DNA of 64,000 nt from a bacterium (GTDB lineage Bacteria; SAR324; NAC60-12): assembly GCA_965209155.1 (NCBI GenBank), contig OZ242383.1, positions 3,648,001-3,712,000 of the forward strand, given 5' to 3'. The notes under the pieces were generated by a model. The model ran no database searches. It was not told where the DNA came from and was given only the letters and a program-made list of their open reading frames with translations. Shown here in pieces: positions 39,552-50,080 of this stretch. Both the position numbers and the translations under genes were made by a program. Numbering within the stretch: position 1 is the stretch's first letter; the number at the start of each line of letters is the position of its first letter.

Positions 39552-40559
39552 TCAAAAAATTTTTGCCACAGAAGATCGGACGATTAATTCAGGAGTGAGA
39601 GATCGCTTTAAAATCTGCTGTGAATCACGATAGAGAGCCAGACACAGTTCTCCGATGATCGTTCCAAAATCAGGAGAGACTGTGAGGGTTGTTAAAGGAG
39701 GGAACAGGTACCGGGCGAACTCACTATCATCATGCCCGATGATAGAAACATCTTCCGGAATCTTAAGACCAGCATCATTGAGGGCGTTGTACACACCAAT
39801 GGCCATTTGGTCATTGCCGACAAGAATAGCGGTGAACGGAGTTTTACGATTCAGTAATTCTTTTGTACCAAGATAGCCTCCTTCTGTTGAAAAAGTGCTA
39901 TCCACCAGTAATTCAGGATTGAAGGAAATTCCTGCCTTTTCCAAGGTTCTTTGGTAACCTAAATTTCTTTCTTGAACAAATTTAGTTTGGTGTCCAATGC
40001 TTAATTTTCCGGTAATTCTAGCAATTTTTCGATGCCCCATTTGAAGCAGGTGTTCGGTGGCGAGGGCTTCTTCGGCACCTTCGTCAAACCGAATGAAACT
40101 GTGATCCAGTCCTGGTACTTTTCGTCCAGAGATCATCACACTTTTATTCCCACGAAAAAGGTTCACCAACTCTTCATCAGTAGTCGCTTCAAGCATCACC
40201 ACAATCACACTGCACATGCGGCTTTGTAAAAATTGAATGGTCTCTTTTTCAATTTTTTGATTCCGTTGGCCCGTTGCAACGATCAAGTGCAGATTGTCTT
40301 GACGGATGGTCTGTTCTATGCGATTCGCCACTTCTGAAAAATACTGAACAGCTAAACTCGGGACCGTAATTCCGATAGCACTGGACTTCCGGCTTGCTAA
40401 ACTGGTTGCCGCATCATTGGGGACATAATTCAGTGTTTTCATGGCAGACAACACGCTCTCCCTTGTCTTGTCTTTCACTATGTCTTTTTTATTGATTACT
40501 CTGGAGACTGTGGCCAGCGACACTCCCGCCAATTTTGCGACATCATAAATGTTAGTCAT
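39552..40559 (-). CDS. LacI family transcriptional regulator
   Basis: IYDVAKLAGVSLATVSRVIN, YVPN, NDQMAIG, IPEDVSIIGHDD. Confidence 0.96.
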   Translation of the reverse strand: MTNIYDVAKLAGVSLATVSRVINKKDIVKDKTRESVLSAMKTLNYVPNDAATSLASRKSSAIGITVPSLAVQYFSEVANRIEQTIRQDNLHLIVATGQRNQKIEKETIQFLQSRMCSVIVVMLEATTDEELVNLFRGNKSVMISGRKVPGLDHSFIRFDEGAEEALATEHLLQMGHRKIARITGKLSIGHQTKFVQERNLGYQRTLEKAGISFNPELLVDSTFSTEGGYLGTKELLNRKTPFTAILVGNDQMAIGVYNALNDAGLKIPEDVSIIGHDDSEFARYLFPPLTTLTVSPDFGTIIGELCLALYRDSQQILKRSLTPELIVRSSVAKIF

Positions 40560-40799
40560 CTTTCATCAACTCTGAAAGGTAGCCGCCGATTTGCTCACGC
40601 ACATCCAAGCGCAGTAGGGAAAACAATCCATCAGGACTCTGAATTTGATTGAACAATTCTTTGAACTCCCTTACACTTACTTCTCATTGCATGGGTCTTT
40701 CTCCTTAATTGATGGTTAATGTATGGTTACAAAAACCTACTGGGAAAGCCCCATGTCTTCAAGTCTTTCAAAAATTCATACAATTTATTTTACACCACC
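40560..40799 (-). mobile_element. IS256-family remnant: left IR and degraded transposase N-terminus
   Basis: End GGTGGTGTAAAATAAATTGTATG; RBS AAGGAG then MQ*EVSVREFKELFNQIQSPDGLFSLLRLDVREQIGGYLSELM. Confidence 0.6.
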
Positions 40800-40952
40800 T
40801 GAAAGTATTTCCAATGGTAGTTCACAATAAAATTGTCATACATATAACGGGCTGGTTGAAGAAAGATCGTTCAATATGAGCGGAGCACAATTTGTAACTT
40901 ACTCATAGAATAATCTAATTATCATATCGTGTATTAATCAGAAAGGGTCATC

Positions 40953-41807
40953 ATGCAAGATTTCAAAAATAAAGTTGCGGTAATTACAGGTGCAGGGCGT
41001 GGCATTGGTCGGGGCATAGCTGAACGGTGCGCAAAAGAGGGTATGAAAGTTGTACTGGCAGGTATTGGTATGAAATCTCTTAGCCAGACCGAAGCTGACC
41101 TGAAAGCGCAGGGGGCAACAGTCGTATCTATACAGACCGATGTTTCCAAGGTTGAGGATATCGAACGGTTGGCGAACACCACGTTAGAAACCTTTGGAGG
41201 AGTACACCTGCTTGTGAATAATGCCGGTGTAGATGCTGGAACGACTATCTGGGACAGTACTGTGTCAGATTGGGAATGGGTACTCAATGTGAATCTGTGG
41301 GGTGTAATTTATGGTGTAAAAGTCTTCGTACCGTTAATGTTGGAGCAAGATACCGAATGCCACATTGTTAATTTGTCCTCTGTAGCAGGTTTGGGGCAAG
41401 GTGCAAATTTGGGTATTTATAAAGTGACGAAACACGGCGTAGTCACGTTATCGGAAACACTCTATCACGAATTAGCGCATCGCCAGTCTAAAATCAACGT
41501 ATCTGTGTATTGTCCCGGGTTTGTACAGACAGACATTTTATCATCGGAACGTAATCGCCCGATAGATTCGCAGACTGATATTGAAAAAGCTGTAGTTACA
41601 GCAGAATATAAAGCACTTCGTCAACGGCTTTCCGACGGTGTTGCTGGCGGTATATCTATTGAAGCATCAGCCGATGTACTTTTCGCAGGGATTTGGGCGA
41701 ATCAACTCTATATTACGTCAGATCATGAGCATGATGAATGGATTAGAGAGCGTATGGAAAACATAGTCAATAGACGCAACCCAGTGGTGACAATGCCAGA
41801 ATCGTAA
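40953..41807 (+). CDS. Short-chain dehydrogenase/reductase
   Basis: TGAGRGIG, LVNNAGV, VNLWGVI, YKVTK. Confidence 0.94.
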   Translation: MQDFKNKVAVITGAGRGIGRGIAERCAKEGMKVVLAGIGMKSLSQTEADLKAQGATVVSIQTDVSKVEDIERLANTTLETFGGVHLLVNNAGVDAGTTIWDSTVSDWEWVLNVNLWGVIYGVKVFVPLMLEQDTECHIVNLSSVAGLGQGANLGIYKVTKHGVVTLSETLYHELAHRQSKINVSVYCPGFVQTDILSSERNRPIDSQTDIEKAVVTAEYKALRQRLSDGVAGGISIEASADVLFAGIWANQLYITSDHEHDEWIRERMENIVNRRNPVVTMPES

Positions 41808-41878
41808 ATTCACTTTGACGATGCTGACTAATTCGCAGAATAAAGCTAAACTGCTTGTAGTTTGACCTGTTTTAAGGT

Positions 41879-42170
41879 GATCCCTGAGGTTTATAGGCCC
41901 CATTCCGCATCACAAAAATACGCTTCAACCGGGGGAAAATCTTTCCAGTCATAGGAATCTTCCGACTCATAGCTCATGATAGAGGGAAGGAGGGGAGGGG
42001 CTCTTTCGGTTTCCTCTCTGATATGCTTTAAGATTTTTTTGATCTCATGTTGGCTGGTAATGAAAGCGATGATCTTCATTTCCATCCCGCAATTTGGACA
42101 TAGCAAAGGATCCACTTCAAAGACCTTATGGATCAACCGCGTCCAATTTGGTTCCGGCTCTGCCAGGTTA
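41879..42170 (-). mobile_element. IS91-family transposase C-terminal remnant
   Basis: WTRLIHKVFEVDPLLCPNCGMEMKIIAFIT...IKKILKHI...RAPP. Confidence 0.85.
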
Positions 42171-42250
42171 GGTATTTAGATGTTGTCATTGTTTGATTTA
42201 TATATTTTAATGATAGTTGTCATAATAAGTTGTCATACATATGGAGGCCT

Positions 42251-42511
42251 ATGAGAGTGAATGCGAGATTAGACGATACCTATCAAACAAAAATTGAATA
42301 TCTCAAGAATCAAACAGGGTGGAGTATGACCGAGCTGCTAAAAGAGGCGATTGATCAGCTTTATTCAACCATATCCAAAAAGCCTCAACACTCTCTTTTT
42401 GACCATCTTGAAGAGATTGGTTTTGTCGGAGCAGGCGAAGGTTCTAAGGATCTGTCTATAAATTATAAGGAGTGGGTCAGGCAGGAGGTCCATGAAAAAC
42501 ATTCTCGTTGA
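42251..42511 (+). CDS. Putative antitoxin (RHH/CopG-like)
   Basis: Small ORF overlapping PIN toxin; GFVGAGEGSKDLSINYK. Confidence 0.8.
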   Translation: MRVNARLDDTYQTKIEYLKNQTGWSMTELLKEAIDQLYSTISKKPQHSLFDHLEEIGFVGAGEGSKDLSINYKEWVRQEVHEKHSR

Positions 42512-42920
42512 TACCGGTTACTTTATCGCGTTGTATAATCAAAATGATTCGTATCATTCCCAAGCCATCCAGCTCTCCAAGACCATCACGGTCCCTTTAG
42601 TCACAACTTGGCCTGTGGTCACAGAGACTCATTATTTGCTGCAAGCAAAATTGGGAGGGAAGGTTTCGGTATTTTATCAGTTCCTGGAAGATCCGTTTCT
42701 CTCCATCTTTTCTCTCACCCCAACCCATCTGCCTCGCATCCGACAATTGTCGGAACAGTATACCAACCTTCCTGCCGATTTAGCTGACATCACCCTGATC
42801 ATTTTGGCAGAAACTCAGGGGCATGGCCAAATCCTGACAACTGATCGCAGGGATTTCGAGACCTATCGGTTCAAAAACACCCATCCCTTTGAAAATCTGT
42901 TGGATGCCCTGAGTGCGTAA
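42492..42920 (+). CDS. vapC: VapC-type PIN domain toxin
   Basis: ILVDTG, TTWPVVTE, DLAD, ILTTDRRDF. Confidence 0.9.
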   Translation: MKNILVDTGYFIALYNQNDSYHSQAIQLSKTITVPLVTTWPVVTETHYLLQAKLGGKVSVFYQFLEDPFLSIFSLTPTHLPRIRQLSEQYTNLPADLADITLIILAETQGHGQILTTDRRDFETYRFKNTHPFENLLDALSA

Positions 42921-43070
42921 TGGCATTGGAAGAGAAAAGAGAAGGGCTCATTTTTTCTTTTATTGTCCCCTTTTCTGAACTTATGGTAGAATGTTTCAAA
43001 GGACTCGATTGCTGGCAGGGGTGGGCTCAGAGGGCAAGGGTTCAGGTCAGAGGTTCCCACAAGGAGAGCG

Positions 43071-44813
43071 ATGCAAAAAGGAATACGGCGAATTGCCTAT
43101 GGGGTGGCAGATTTTGAAAAGATCCAGACCCGCAAGGATTACTATGTAGACAAAACCCGCTTCATTCCCCTTTTGGAGGAAAACGATTACCTCTTTTTCA
43201 TCCGCCCCCGCCGTTTTGGCAAATCGCTCTGGATTTCGATTCTGGAGACCTATTATGATTGTGCCAAAAAAGAGCGGTTTGCCGAATTCTTTCATGATAC
43301 CTGGATTGGGGACAATCCCACCGAGGAACAAGGTTCGTATCTCGTCCTCACCTTCGATTTTTCCATGGTGCGGGCCGATCCGGAGAAGGTTGAGGAAAGT
43401 TTTGAAGATCACGGGCGGATTCATCTGCACAGTTTTCTGGACAAGTATCGGCAGTGGTTTTCGGCAGAGGCCATTGCGTCTATTCAAAAAGAACCCAATG
43501 TCAGTGCTAAGCTCTCCGCGCTTTTCCGGGAGGCACAAAAACGCAACCTGCCTCTCTACATCCTGATTGATGAATATGACAACTTTGCCAACACGATCCT
43601 CTCGACTGCCGGAGCAAAAGCCTATCATGACTTGACCCATGGAGAAGGTTTTTACCGGCATTTCTTTGCCATGCTCAAAGGCGGCACCGGTAAAAGTGGA
43701 GCCGGGCTGCAACGGTTGTTTACCACCGGTGTCTCTCCAGTGACGATGGATGATGTCACTAGCGGCTTCAATATTGGCAGTAATATCAGCTTGGATCCCG
43801 CCTATAACGAAATGGTCGGCTTCAGCGAAGCGGACATCCAAACCATGCTGGCCTATTATCAACATAAAGGCGTCTTTCAGCAGAATATTGAGGAAACCCT
43901 TGCCTTGATGAGGCTCTGGTATGACAATTATCGGTTTGGGGAAGAGAGCAAGTTCCCCATGTTCAATACCGATATGGTGATTTACTTTGTGCAGAAATCC
44001 ATCCAAAATGGCCGGCCTCCCAAGGAGTTGATCGACCAGAATATTCGTATCGATTATGGCAAATTGCGGCATTTGATGCTCATCAGTCATCAACTCAACA
44101 GCAACTTCGATCGGCTGAAGGCCATCATTGAAGAGGGGGAGGTGCTCAGTGAAGTCAAGACCAGCTTCCCGCTGGAACAGCTGACCCAACAAGAAAATTT
44201 CATTTCCCTGTTGTACTATTTCGGTCTCTTGAGTTTCGCGGGAAGGAAACGGGGGCAGCCTCTACTGAAAATTCCCAATCGTACCGTTCAACACCTTATG
44301 TATGGGTATATGCGAGAGGCCTATCAGGAGATAGAAACATTTCGGGTCGATCTCTGGAAACTGAATGACCTCCTCAGTCGGATGGCCTATGAAGGGGAAT
44401 GGAAAAATTTCTTTGACTTCCTGGCAAAAGCCATCCACCAGCAAACCAGCATTCGTGATTATCTCACCGCAGAAAAGGTCATCCAGGGTTTTCTGCTGGC
44501 CTACCTCAATATCAGCGACTTTTACATCAGCCGCACTGAAAAAGAGATGAACAAAGGCTTTGCCGATATTTTCCTGGAACCCTTTCTGGCCAAATATCCC
44601 GATCTGCCCTGCCTCTACCTGATTGAACTGAAGTATCTCAAACGCGGAGCCCTCACTGACTCCCTCCTGCAACAAACCATTGAGGAGGCCCAAGGGCAAC
44701 TGACCCTCTATCTGCAGGATGAGATTCTCCAAAACCAATACGCCTCCCTGCAAACCATCGGCCTGATCCTGGTATTTCACGGCTGGGAACTGATCTATTG
44801 TGAGAGAAGCTAA
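43071..44813 (+). CDS. AAA-ATPase-like domain plus PD-(D/E)XK nuclease protein
   Basis: YYVDKT, RPRRFGKS, LIDEYD, TGVSP, IPN, GFADI..IELKY. Confidence 0.92.
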   Translation: MQKGIRRIAYGVADFEKIQTRKDYYVDKTRFIPLLEENDYLFFIRPRRFGKSLWISILETYYDCAKKERFAEFFHDTWIGDNPTEEQGSYLVLTFDFSMVRADPEKVEESFEDHGRIHLHSFLDKYRQWFSAEAIASIQKEPNVSAKLSALFREAQKRNLPLYILIDEYDNFANTILSTAGAKAYHDLTHGEGFYRHFFAMLKGGTGKSGAGLQRLFTTGVSPVTMDDVTSGFNIGSNISLDPAYNEMVGFSEADIQTMLAYYQHKGVFQQNIEETLALMRLWYDNYRFGEESKFPMFNTDMVIYFVQKSIQNGRPPKELIDQNIRIDYGKLRHLMLISHQLNSNFDRLKAIIEEGEVLSEVKTSFPLEQLTQQENFISLLYYFGLLSFAGRKRGQPLLKIPNRTVQHLMYGYMREAYQEIETFRVDLWKLNDLLSRMAYEGEWKNFFDFLAKAIHQQTSIRDYLTAEKVIQGFLLAYLNISDFYISRTEKEMNKGFADIFLEPFLAKYPDLPCLYLIELKYLKRGALTDSLLQQTIEEAQGQLTLYLQDEILQNQYASLQTIGLILVFHGWELIYCERS

Positions 44814-44846
44814 GCGGATCCTATTGTCTGCTAAGAACCCTTTACC

Positions 44847-45734
44847 ATGAGGAAAACCATGAAATTTTTTGATACAGAACCGGCACCCGGCAATTTTGGC
44901 AAACGCATTCTTGGTCTCAACCTTTCAGAACCGTCAGCCCCTGAGGTCCTCAAAGCGCTGTTTATTACTCTCTATGAACATCGTTTTTTGGTGATTCCAG
45001 GACAAGACTTGACCCTGGATCAATACCTCCGGTTTGGAGAGTCGTTTGGCACACCGATCCCCCATGTGGTGGACCAGTCACGCTTGGAGAGATACCCTGA
45101 AATCACGACCATCCATAATAGAGTGCAGGAAAATAAAAAATATGTTGATAGCGCCGCGTGGTGGCACACAGACCAATCCTATGAGGCTCAACCGGCCATC
45201 ACGACATTGTTGTATTCTGCGCAAGCGCCTGAAAAAGGAGGAGATACCCGATTTGCCGATATGGTTGCCGCCTATGAGGCCCTTTCGGATTCCATCAAAT
45301 CCCGCATTGCGGACCTGGAAGTCGAACATTTGTACGGGAAGGGCGTTGCTCTTCAGAAAGACGATATCCCAACCCCTCCTCTTTCCGAAGCGCAGAAGCA
45401 GCGTGTGCCTCCTGTTATACACAAATTGGTGCGTCCTCATCCGGTGACTGGCCAAAAAACCTTGTATTCTCCAGCAGGCACCAGTCAGGGAATCCGTGGG
45501 ATGGCCTTGGCAGAGGCTAAAACGCTTCTCAACGAGTTAGCGGCTCATGCCCTACAGCCTCGATTTCAAAACAAACACCACTATGCCGTGGGTGATGTGG
45601 TTCTTTGGGATACTGCTGCGACCATGCATGCCGCTTCCCCCAATCACGCCGCCACAGGGCCGGATGACACCCGAGTCCTCTATAGGATCAGTGTCCGAGG
45701 CATTCCTCCGTTACTTCAAAAAGAACAACTCTGA
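44847..45734 (+). CDS. TauD/TfdA family 2-oxoglutarate dioxygenase
   Basis: WHTD, GGDTRFAD, HKLVRPHPVTG, VLWD..TMH, R..YR. Confidence 0.93.
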   Translation: MRKTMKFFDTEPAPGNFGKRILGLNLSEPSAPEVLKALFITLYEHRFLVIPGQDLTLDQYLRFGESFGTPIPHVVDQSRLERYPEITTIHNRVQENKKYVDSAAWWHTDQSYEAQPAITTLLYSAQAPEKGGDTRFADMVAAYEALSDSIKSRIADLEVEHLYGKGVALQKDDIPTPPLSEAQKQRVPPVIHKLVRPHPVTGQKTLYSPAGTSQGIRGMALAEAKTLLNELAAHALQPRFQNKHHYAVGDVVLWDTAATMHAASPNHAATGPDDTRVLYRISVRGIPPLLQKEQL

Positions 45735-45798
45735 ATATCTTCGCCCGCTCGGTTCGACCCCTCCGACCGTGCGGGCATCCAGGCGCACCTACAGGAGT

Positions 45799-45825
45799 AT
45801 CGTGAATTACGAAGATTATCATTAA
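45799..45825 (+). pseudogene. higB: C-terminal stub of HigB toxin
   Basis: IVNYEDYH* directly before higA RBS. Confidence 0.7.
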
Positions 45826-45835
45826 GGAGAGTAAA

Positions 45836-46195
45836 ATGAAAATGCATAATCCCCCTCATCCAGGAGAAATCATTAAAGGTCTATGGCTTGATCCAATGGG
45901 AATTAGTATCACCCATGCAGCAAAAGCTATCGGAGTGAGCCGCAAAACTCTATCAAAAATTATTAACAAAAAAGGAAGCATTATACCTGAAATGGCCCTT
46001 CGACTATCCCTTGCCTTTGGTAGCAGTCCTGAATCCTGGATGGGACATCAGGTCGCTTATGATTTATGGCAGGTAGAACTCAAAAAAGATAAATTAGATG
46101 TGACTCCCATACATTTAATGGGAAATTCAGCAGCCAAACCAGTCGTTCCTCCCGATTTTCACCATAGCCAGTTCGATCTTCAACCGGGCAGATGA
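45836..46195 (+). CDS. higA: HigA family antitoxin
   Basis: [36 protein letters not shown]. Confidence 0.93.
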   Translation: MKMHNPPHPGEIIKGLWLDPMGISITHAAKAIGVSRKTLSKIINKKGSIIPEMALRLSLAFGSSPESWMGHQVAYDLWQVELKKDKLDVTPIHLMGNSAAKPVVPPDFHHSQFDLQPGR

Positions 46196-46207
46196 CAGGG
46201 GCTTCTA

Positions 46208-46228
46208 CAAATTTTTGATTTTCACTAT
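46208..46228 (+). mobile_element. oriIS-like motif, copy 4 (opposite orientation)
   Basis: CAAATTTTTGATTTTC(A)CTAT vs reverse complement of 28361-28380. Confidence 0.45.
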
Positions 46229-46277
46229 AGGAACAGTAAGAAACATATATCGCCAGGCTGGTTGGGATTGGCCATAG
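46224..46277 (+). pseudogene. hicA: C-terminal stub of HicA toxin
   Basis: TIGTVRNIYRQAGWDWP* directly before hicB. Confidence 0.75.
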
Positions 46278-46286
46278 AGGTGAATT

Positions 46287-46559
46287 ATGAAGTATTCCGT
46301 TGTCATTCACAAAGATCCTAACTCCGATTATGGGGAGACCGTCCCAGATCTACCTAGTTGTTTTTCAGCCGGGAGTTCTCTAGATGATGCTTTAGAAAAT
46401 GCAAAAGAAGCGATTGAGTGCCATTTAGAAGGCTTGCTCATGGAACATGAGACAATCCCTATCTTAAAGCACATTGAAGAGCATCAATCTAATCCAGAAT
46501 ATGAAGCGGGAGTGTGGGCTCTTGTGGACTTAGACATTTCTCAACTGTCTGGCAAAGCA
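46287..46559 (+). pseudogene. hicB: HicB antitoxin lacking its C-terminal DNA-binding domain (reads through to 46685)
   Basis: YSVVIHKD, VPDLPSCFSAG, NAKEAIECHLEG; homology ends at LSGKA where the antisense ABC gene begins. Confidence 0.85.
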
Positions 46560-47765
46560 AGCGGTAATGATATTCGTCTTAAAACCATTGGGATAACCCG
46601 CCTCGGCCAGCAGCTGTTTGGCTTCCTCGGGGTGATATTCAAACAGCCTGGCGATATCCGGGCGTTCTTTGTACATATCCTCTAATGAAATGTAATAGGG
46701 CGCAAGGCCGGGACCGGAGAGATGAGTGGGGTAGACTGCGTCGCCGTTGTATAATTGATCCTTCATTTCCTTATGGTTGATGGCCAGCATGACGGCCTTC
46801 CGGACTCGCTGATCACTGAAAGGTTTCATGGTAATTCTCCCTGTCAGCAACATCGCACGGTCTGGAATCGGGGTAAGCCTTATTTCGGGGTTTGTCTCCA
46901 GCAAGGATTCTTTGTAACGTGCCGGTATAGACCATAAATTAAGGTCAATCTTGCCTGTGCGAATCCCTGCAACCTTTGCCGGCTCATCCAATATGATATA
47001 CCGTATTTTATCCACGTAGGGGAGCCGGTTTTCGGGATGGAGCGGATCTTTCTGCCAGAAGTTCGGGTTTTTTTCCAGTACCAGTTGACTCCCCTCAACA
47101 TAATCGATGGGGTAAAATGGGCCTGATCCGTAGGTATTCTTCCAGTCTTTGCGATTGATGCCCTGCTCGACCAACTCCCGTGGAAAAATACCAAACATCG
47201 ACATTGACATAACCATCGAATTGTAGGTTCCAGTTGGAACTTTCCACGACAGTTCGACGGTCCATTGATCAAGGGCTATCCATGTCCAGATGTCCTTCTT
47301 GGCAGCCATGTTTGTGTTTGTGTTTGTGTTTTCGATTGCGGCTTTCCAGGAAACGATGACTTCATGAGTATCAAGTTCCCCGCCATTGACGGGGGATTTA
47401 TTCCGGAAGTGAACCCCCCGGCGGAGTTTAAAGATGATCTTGGTGGGATGCGCTTCATAGGATTCGGCCAAATAACCGGTCATGCTATCCCGGGAGGTCC
47501 CCAACGAGGCGAATGCAAATTCACCGGTCCCTCCCGGGCCTCGTGTCACATCTGCCTGTATTAAAAAATCATGACTTATCGATCCCCCAGGACCGTCGGG
47601 CCAGTGCCCTGCCGGATCAAAACCCATTCTACTATCCAATGCTGCAACGGTTAGCGAACCGCCGTAGTTTTAGGCAGACACACTGCCTGCCAGGATCAGC
47701 CCCATCAAAAAGGTGAGTCATAACGAAAACAATTGATTCGGTTTCATTTTTATTAAATCCATCAT
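46560..47765 (-). pseudogene. Peptide ABC substrate-binding protein, two in-frame stops and 3' truncation
   Basis: TGA 47718-47720, TAA 47670-47672; RRGVHF, DPLHPENRLPY, LAEAGYPNG. Confidence 0.88.
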
Positions 47766-47889
47766 TTCTCCTTTCCCTAGCCACCGGGGGCAATCTGTTA
47801 AGGTATTGACACAATGTTTCAATTCGACTCAAAAGATGTACTTATAGGGAATGAATGTCAATAGGCATATCACTGATTTATGGCTTCAA

Positions 47890-47983
47890 AAATTCTGATA
47901 AATGCATCAGAAAAATTGAAGGAGGGATCGGATTTTCAACCCTACGGTGAGATCAGTATCGCTGGGATTTACCGGGGGGAAGG
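47890..47983. repeat. 94-bp dispersed repeat, copy 2
   Basis: Matches 26311-26404. Confidence 0.85.
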
Positions 47984-48012
47984 TCGGTTGTCAGAGAAAA
48001 AAAGGGGCGTAT

Positions 48013-48357
48013 TTATGGAGTAAACCATTTTGCAAGCATGTTGTAGAGACGTTGTAGGCGGTCTTGATCAATATTCCCAAGCTCGGCTCTAAATCGCTGC
48101 TGACTGACCGTAAGGAGTCTATCCAGGCGAATGACGCTGGTAGTCTTTAATCGTGATGTTGGAAAATCGGAGTCATCTTTATTGATTATTTCTCCAAAAC
48201 CCTCAATATGCTGATGAATCTGAGAAGACACCATGCATACCAACCAATCATCAAACCTGCTTGGGGTTTCTTTCAGTAATAAATCCGGACGGATGGAAAA
48301 AGTCTGCAAATCTGCCTGGGGGAAATTGAGGAGAATTATAGTACCTGGAGTAATCAT
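48013..48357 (-). CDS. PemK/MazF family toxin
   Basis: FPQADL..RP.LLL, DWLVCMVSSQ, LKTTSVIRLDRL. Confidence 0.85.
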   Translation of the reverse strand: MITPGTIILLNFPQADLQTFSIRPDLLLKETPSRFDDWLVCMVSSQIHQHIEGFGEIINKDDSDFPTSRLKTTSVIRLDRLLTVSQQRFRAELGNIDQDRLQRLYNMLAKWFTP

Positions 48358-48569
48358 CGGTACACTTCTTTTGCGTCTTCTAAAGTATATTGGATCTCAT
48401 CCGCTATATCCATTCCCTTTTGTGCCTCAAGCATGGCCAGTTGTTCAAAATTAGTATCTTCCTCTAATGCTTCTTGTAGTAAGGTGCTGGCGAAATCATC
48501 AATATCAGCAACTCTTTCAAGCTGTGGTCTTAACCTATCGTCGAGTGTTGCAGTAATATGCACTTTCAT
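48354..48569 (-). CDS. Putative antitoxin
   Basis: Small acidic ORF with ATGA overlap to the toxin. Confidence 0.7.
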   Translation of the reverse strand: MKVHITATLDDRLRPQLERVADIDDFASTLLQEALEEDTNFEQLAMLEAQKGMDIADEIQYTLEDAKEVYR

Positions 48570-48725
48570 TGCATCCCTCTTTCTTGTTAGGTGTATTGAT
48601 TGGTGGCACATAATAGGTCAATCTTTATTAGTATGCCGATTTGAAGGGAAAGCACAAATCAGAAAGAGGGCTATCTTTTTGAGTGAGGTACTTTTTATAG
48701 GGTCCAACGTCGAGTTATATGGAAG

Positions 48726-49373
48726 TCAACCCTCTCGCAGTGCGAATTTGATGAGATCGGCGATATTTTTCAGTTTGAGTTTTTCCATGATATGTCGACG
48801 ATGCGTGGAGACGGTTTTGATGCTGATATAGAACTTGGCGGCAATCTTCTCCGAGTTATACCCTTCCGCGAGCAATTGGAGGACTTCCCGTTCTCTGGCA
48901 CTCAATCGCATCTCAGGCAATGATGCGGCTTCGACAGCGGTTTCGGTCCGCTCTTGGGCATAGTCTTTCATCACGATCTCGGCGATGTTCGGGCTGAGAT
49001 AAGCTTTTCCACTGACTACTGCGAGAATCGCCTGCACCAGTTCGTCAAACGCGCAGGATTTCACTAAATACCCGGACACCCCGGCACTGAGCATGCCTTC
49101 CACATAACGTCTGTCGGAATACATGGACAGCGCAATGACCTGTGTTGACGGGGACACCGCCAGGATTTGCCGGGTGGCATCGATGCCGTTCAAATCCGGC
49201 ATGCTGATATCCATAATAACCACATCCGGCCCAAGATTCTCCACGAGCCTGACGGCATCCCTTCCGTTTTCCGCCTCTCCGACCACCTCCATATCCGGTT
49301 GCTTTTCGATCAGGGCGCTCAACCCGTCACGCATAATTTTGTGATCGTCGACAAGTAATATGCTGGTACGCAT
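48726..49373 (-). CDS. NarL/LuxR family response regulator
   Basis: LVDDH, IMDISMP, GYLVK, LSAREREVL, KTVSTHR. Confidence 0.95.
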   Translation of the reverse strand: MRTSILLVDDHKIMRDGLSALIEKQPDMEVVGEAENGRDAVRLVENLGPDVVIMDISMPDLNGIDATRQILAVSPSTQVIALSMYSDRRYVEGMLSAGVSGYLVKSCAFDELVQAILAVVSGKAYLSPNIAEIVMKDYAQERTETAVEAASLPEMRLSAREREVLQLLAEGYNSEKIAAKFYISIKTVSTHRRHIMEKLKLKNIADLIKFALREG

Positions 49374-49403
49374 AGCTATACCTCCCACCATAAACTATTG
49401 TTC

Positions 49404-49469
49404 AAGCATCCGGTATTTCCATCACAACCCGGGTGCCCTGATGAGGTTGGGAGTGGACAATGAGATTAC
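49404..49469. repeat. 66-bp duplicate of the histidine kinase 3' end
   Basis: 64/66 identical to 50205-50270. Confidence 0.95.
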
Positions 49470-49505
49470 TGATTCTTATAATTCGATTCTTTTTTTGAAA
49501 TTACT

Positions 49506-49856
49506 TTATCTTTCTCCAAAGAGGAAAAGCTGGATATTGTTATCAATGTTTTGCATTGTTTGCTCATCGAGTGTTCCAATGAATTTGAGAAATCGTTTTT
49601 TATCAAATGAACTCATCTGTTTTGTTTTGAGTAAAGAATCTTTCATGAGTCTATTCTAGACGTCTTTCTTCAAAAGTACATCAAGCTCTGTGGTTTTTGA
49701 AATCTGAGAAGAAATTGGAATAACTGTCAATAAGTTACTGGATGAAATATATTTCTCCTGTTGAATGATCAGGGCGGGTCGGATTTTTTTATATTCATGT
49801 CCAATACTTGGATCAATGTTTACTAACCAAATTTGACCACGCTGAAACTTCCTCAT
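49506..49856 (-). pseudogene. mazF: MazF/PemK toxin with in-frame TAG at 49656-49658
   Basis: RGQIWLVNIDPSIGHEYKKIRPALI...KKDV*NRLMKDS...FDKKRFLKFIG. Confidence 0.88.
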
Positions 49857-50080
49857 ATCTCTTTCAAATTGAGATAATAATTGATTTCTTCTTCAGAAAG
49901 AACATCATGTGAAATATCTATCATGTTTGATTGTTCTATATCATTTTCAGATGCCACAATTTCATAATCTTCAAATATTACAGTGACTTTAAACTGAGCG
50001 TTTTTCTTTTTGATAAATTCTTTAGGGCAATAAAGATGTCCATCTGGTAATAATCTACTCTCAAAAGTAAGTGTATTCAT
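49853..50080 (-). CDS. Putative antitoxin
   Basis: GGAGAG RBS, ATGA overlap with mazF, acidic C-terminus LSEEEINYYL. Confidence 0.7.
   Translation of the reverse strand: MNTLTFESRLLPDGHLYCPKEFIKKKNAQFKVTVIFEDYEIVASENDIEQSNMIDISHDVLSEEEINYYLNLKEI

Noticed and set aside
43047..44192. 381-aa minus-strand ORF
   Set aside because: Antisense shadow of the AAA-ATPase gene, which carries all recognisable motifs
47309..47331. (TGTTTG)n microsatellite as a phase-variation tract
   Set aside because: Hexamer units keep the frame and the gene is already a pseudogene
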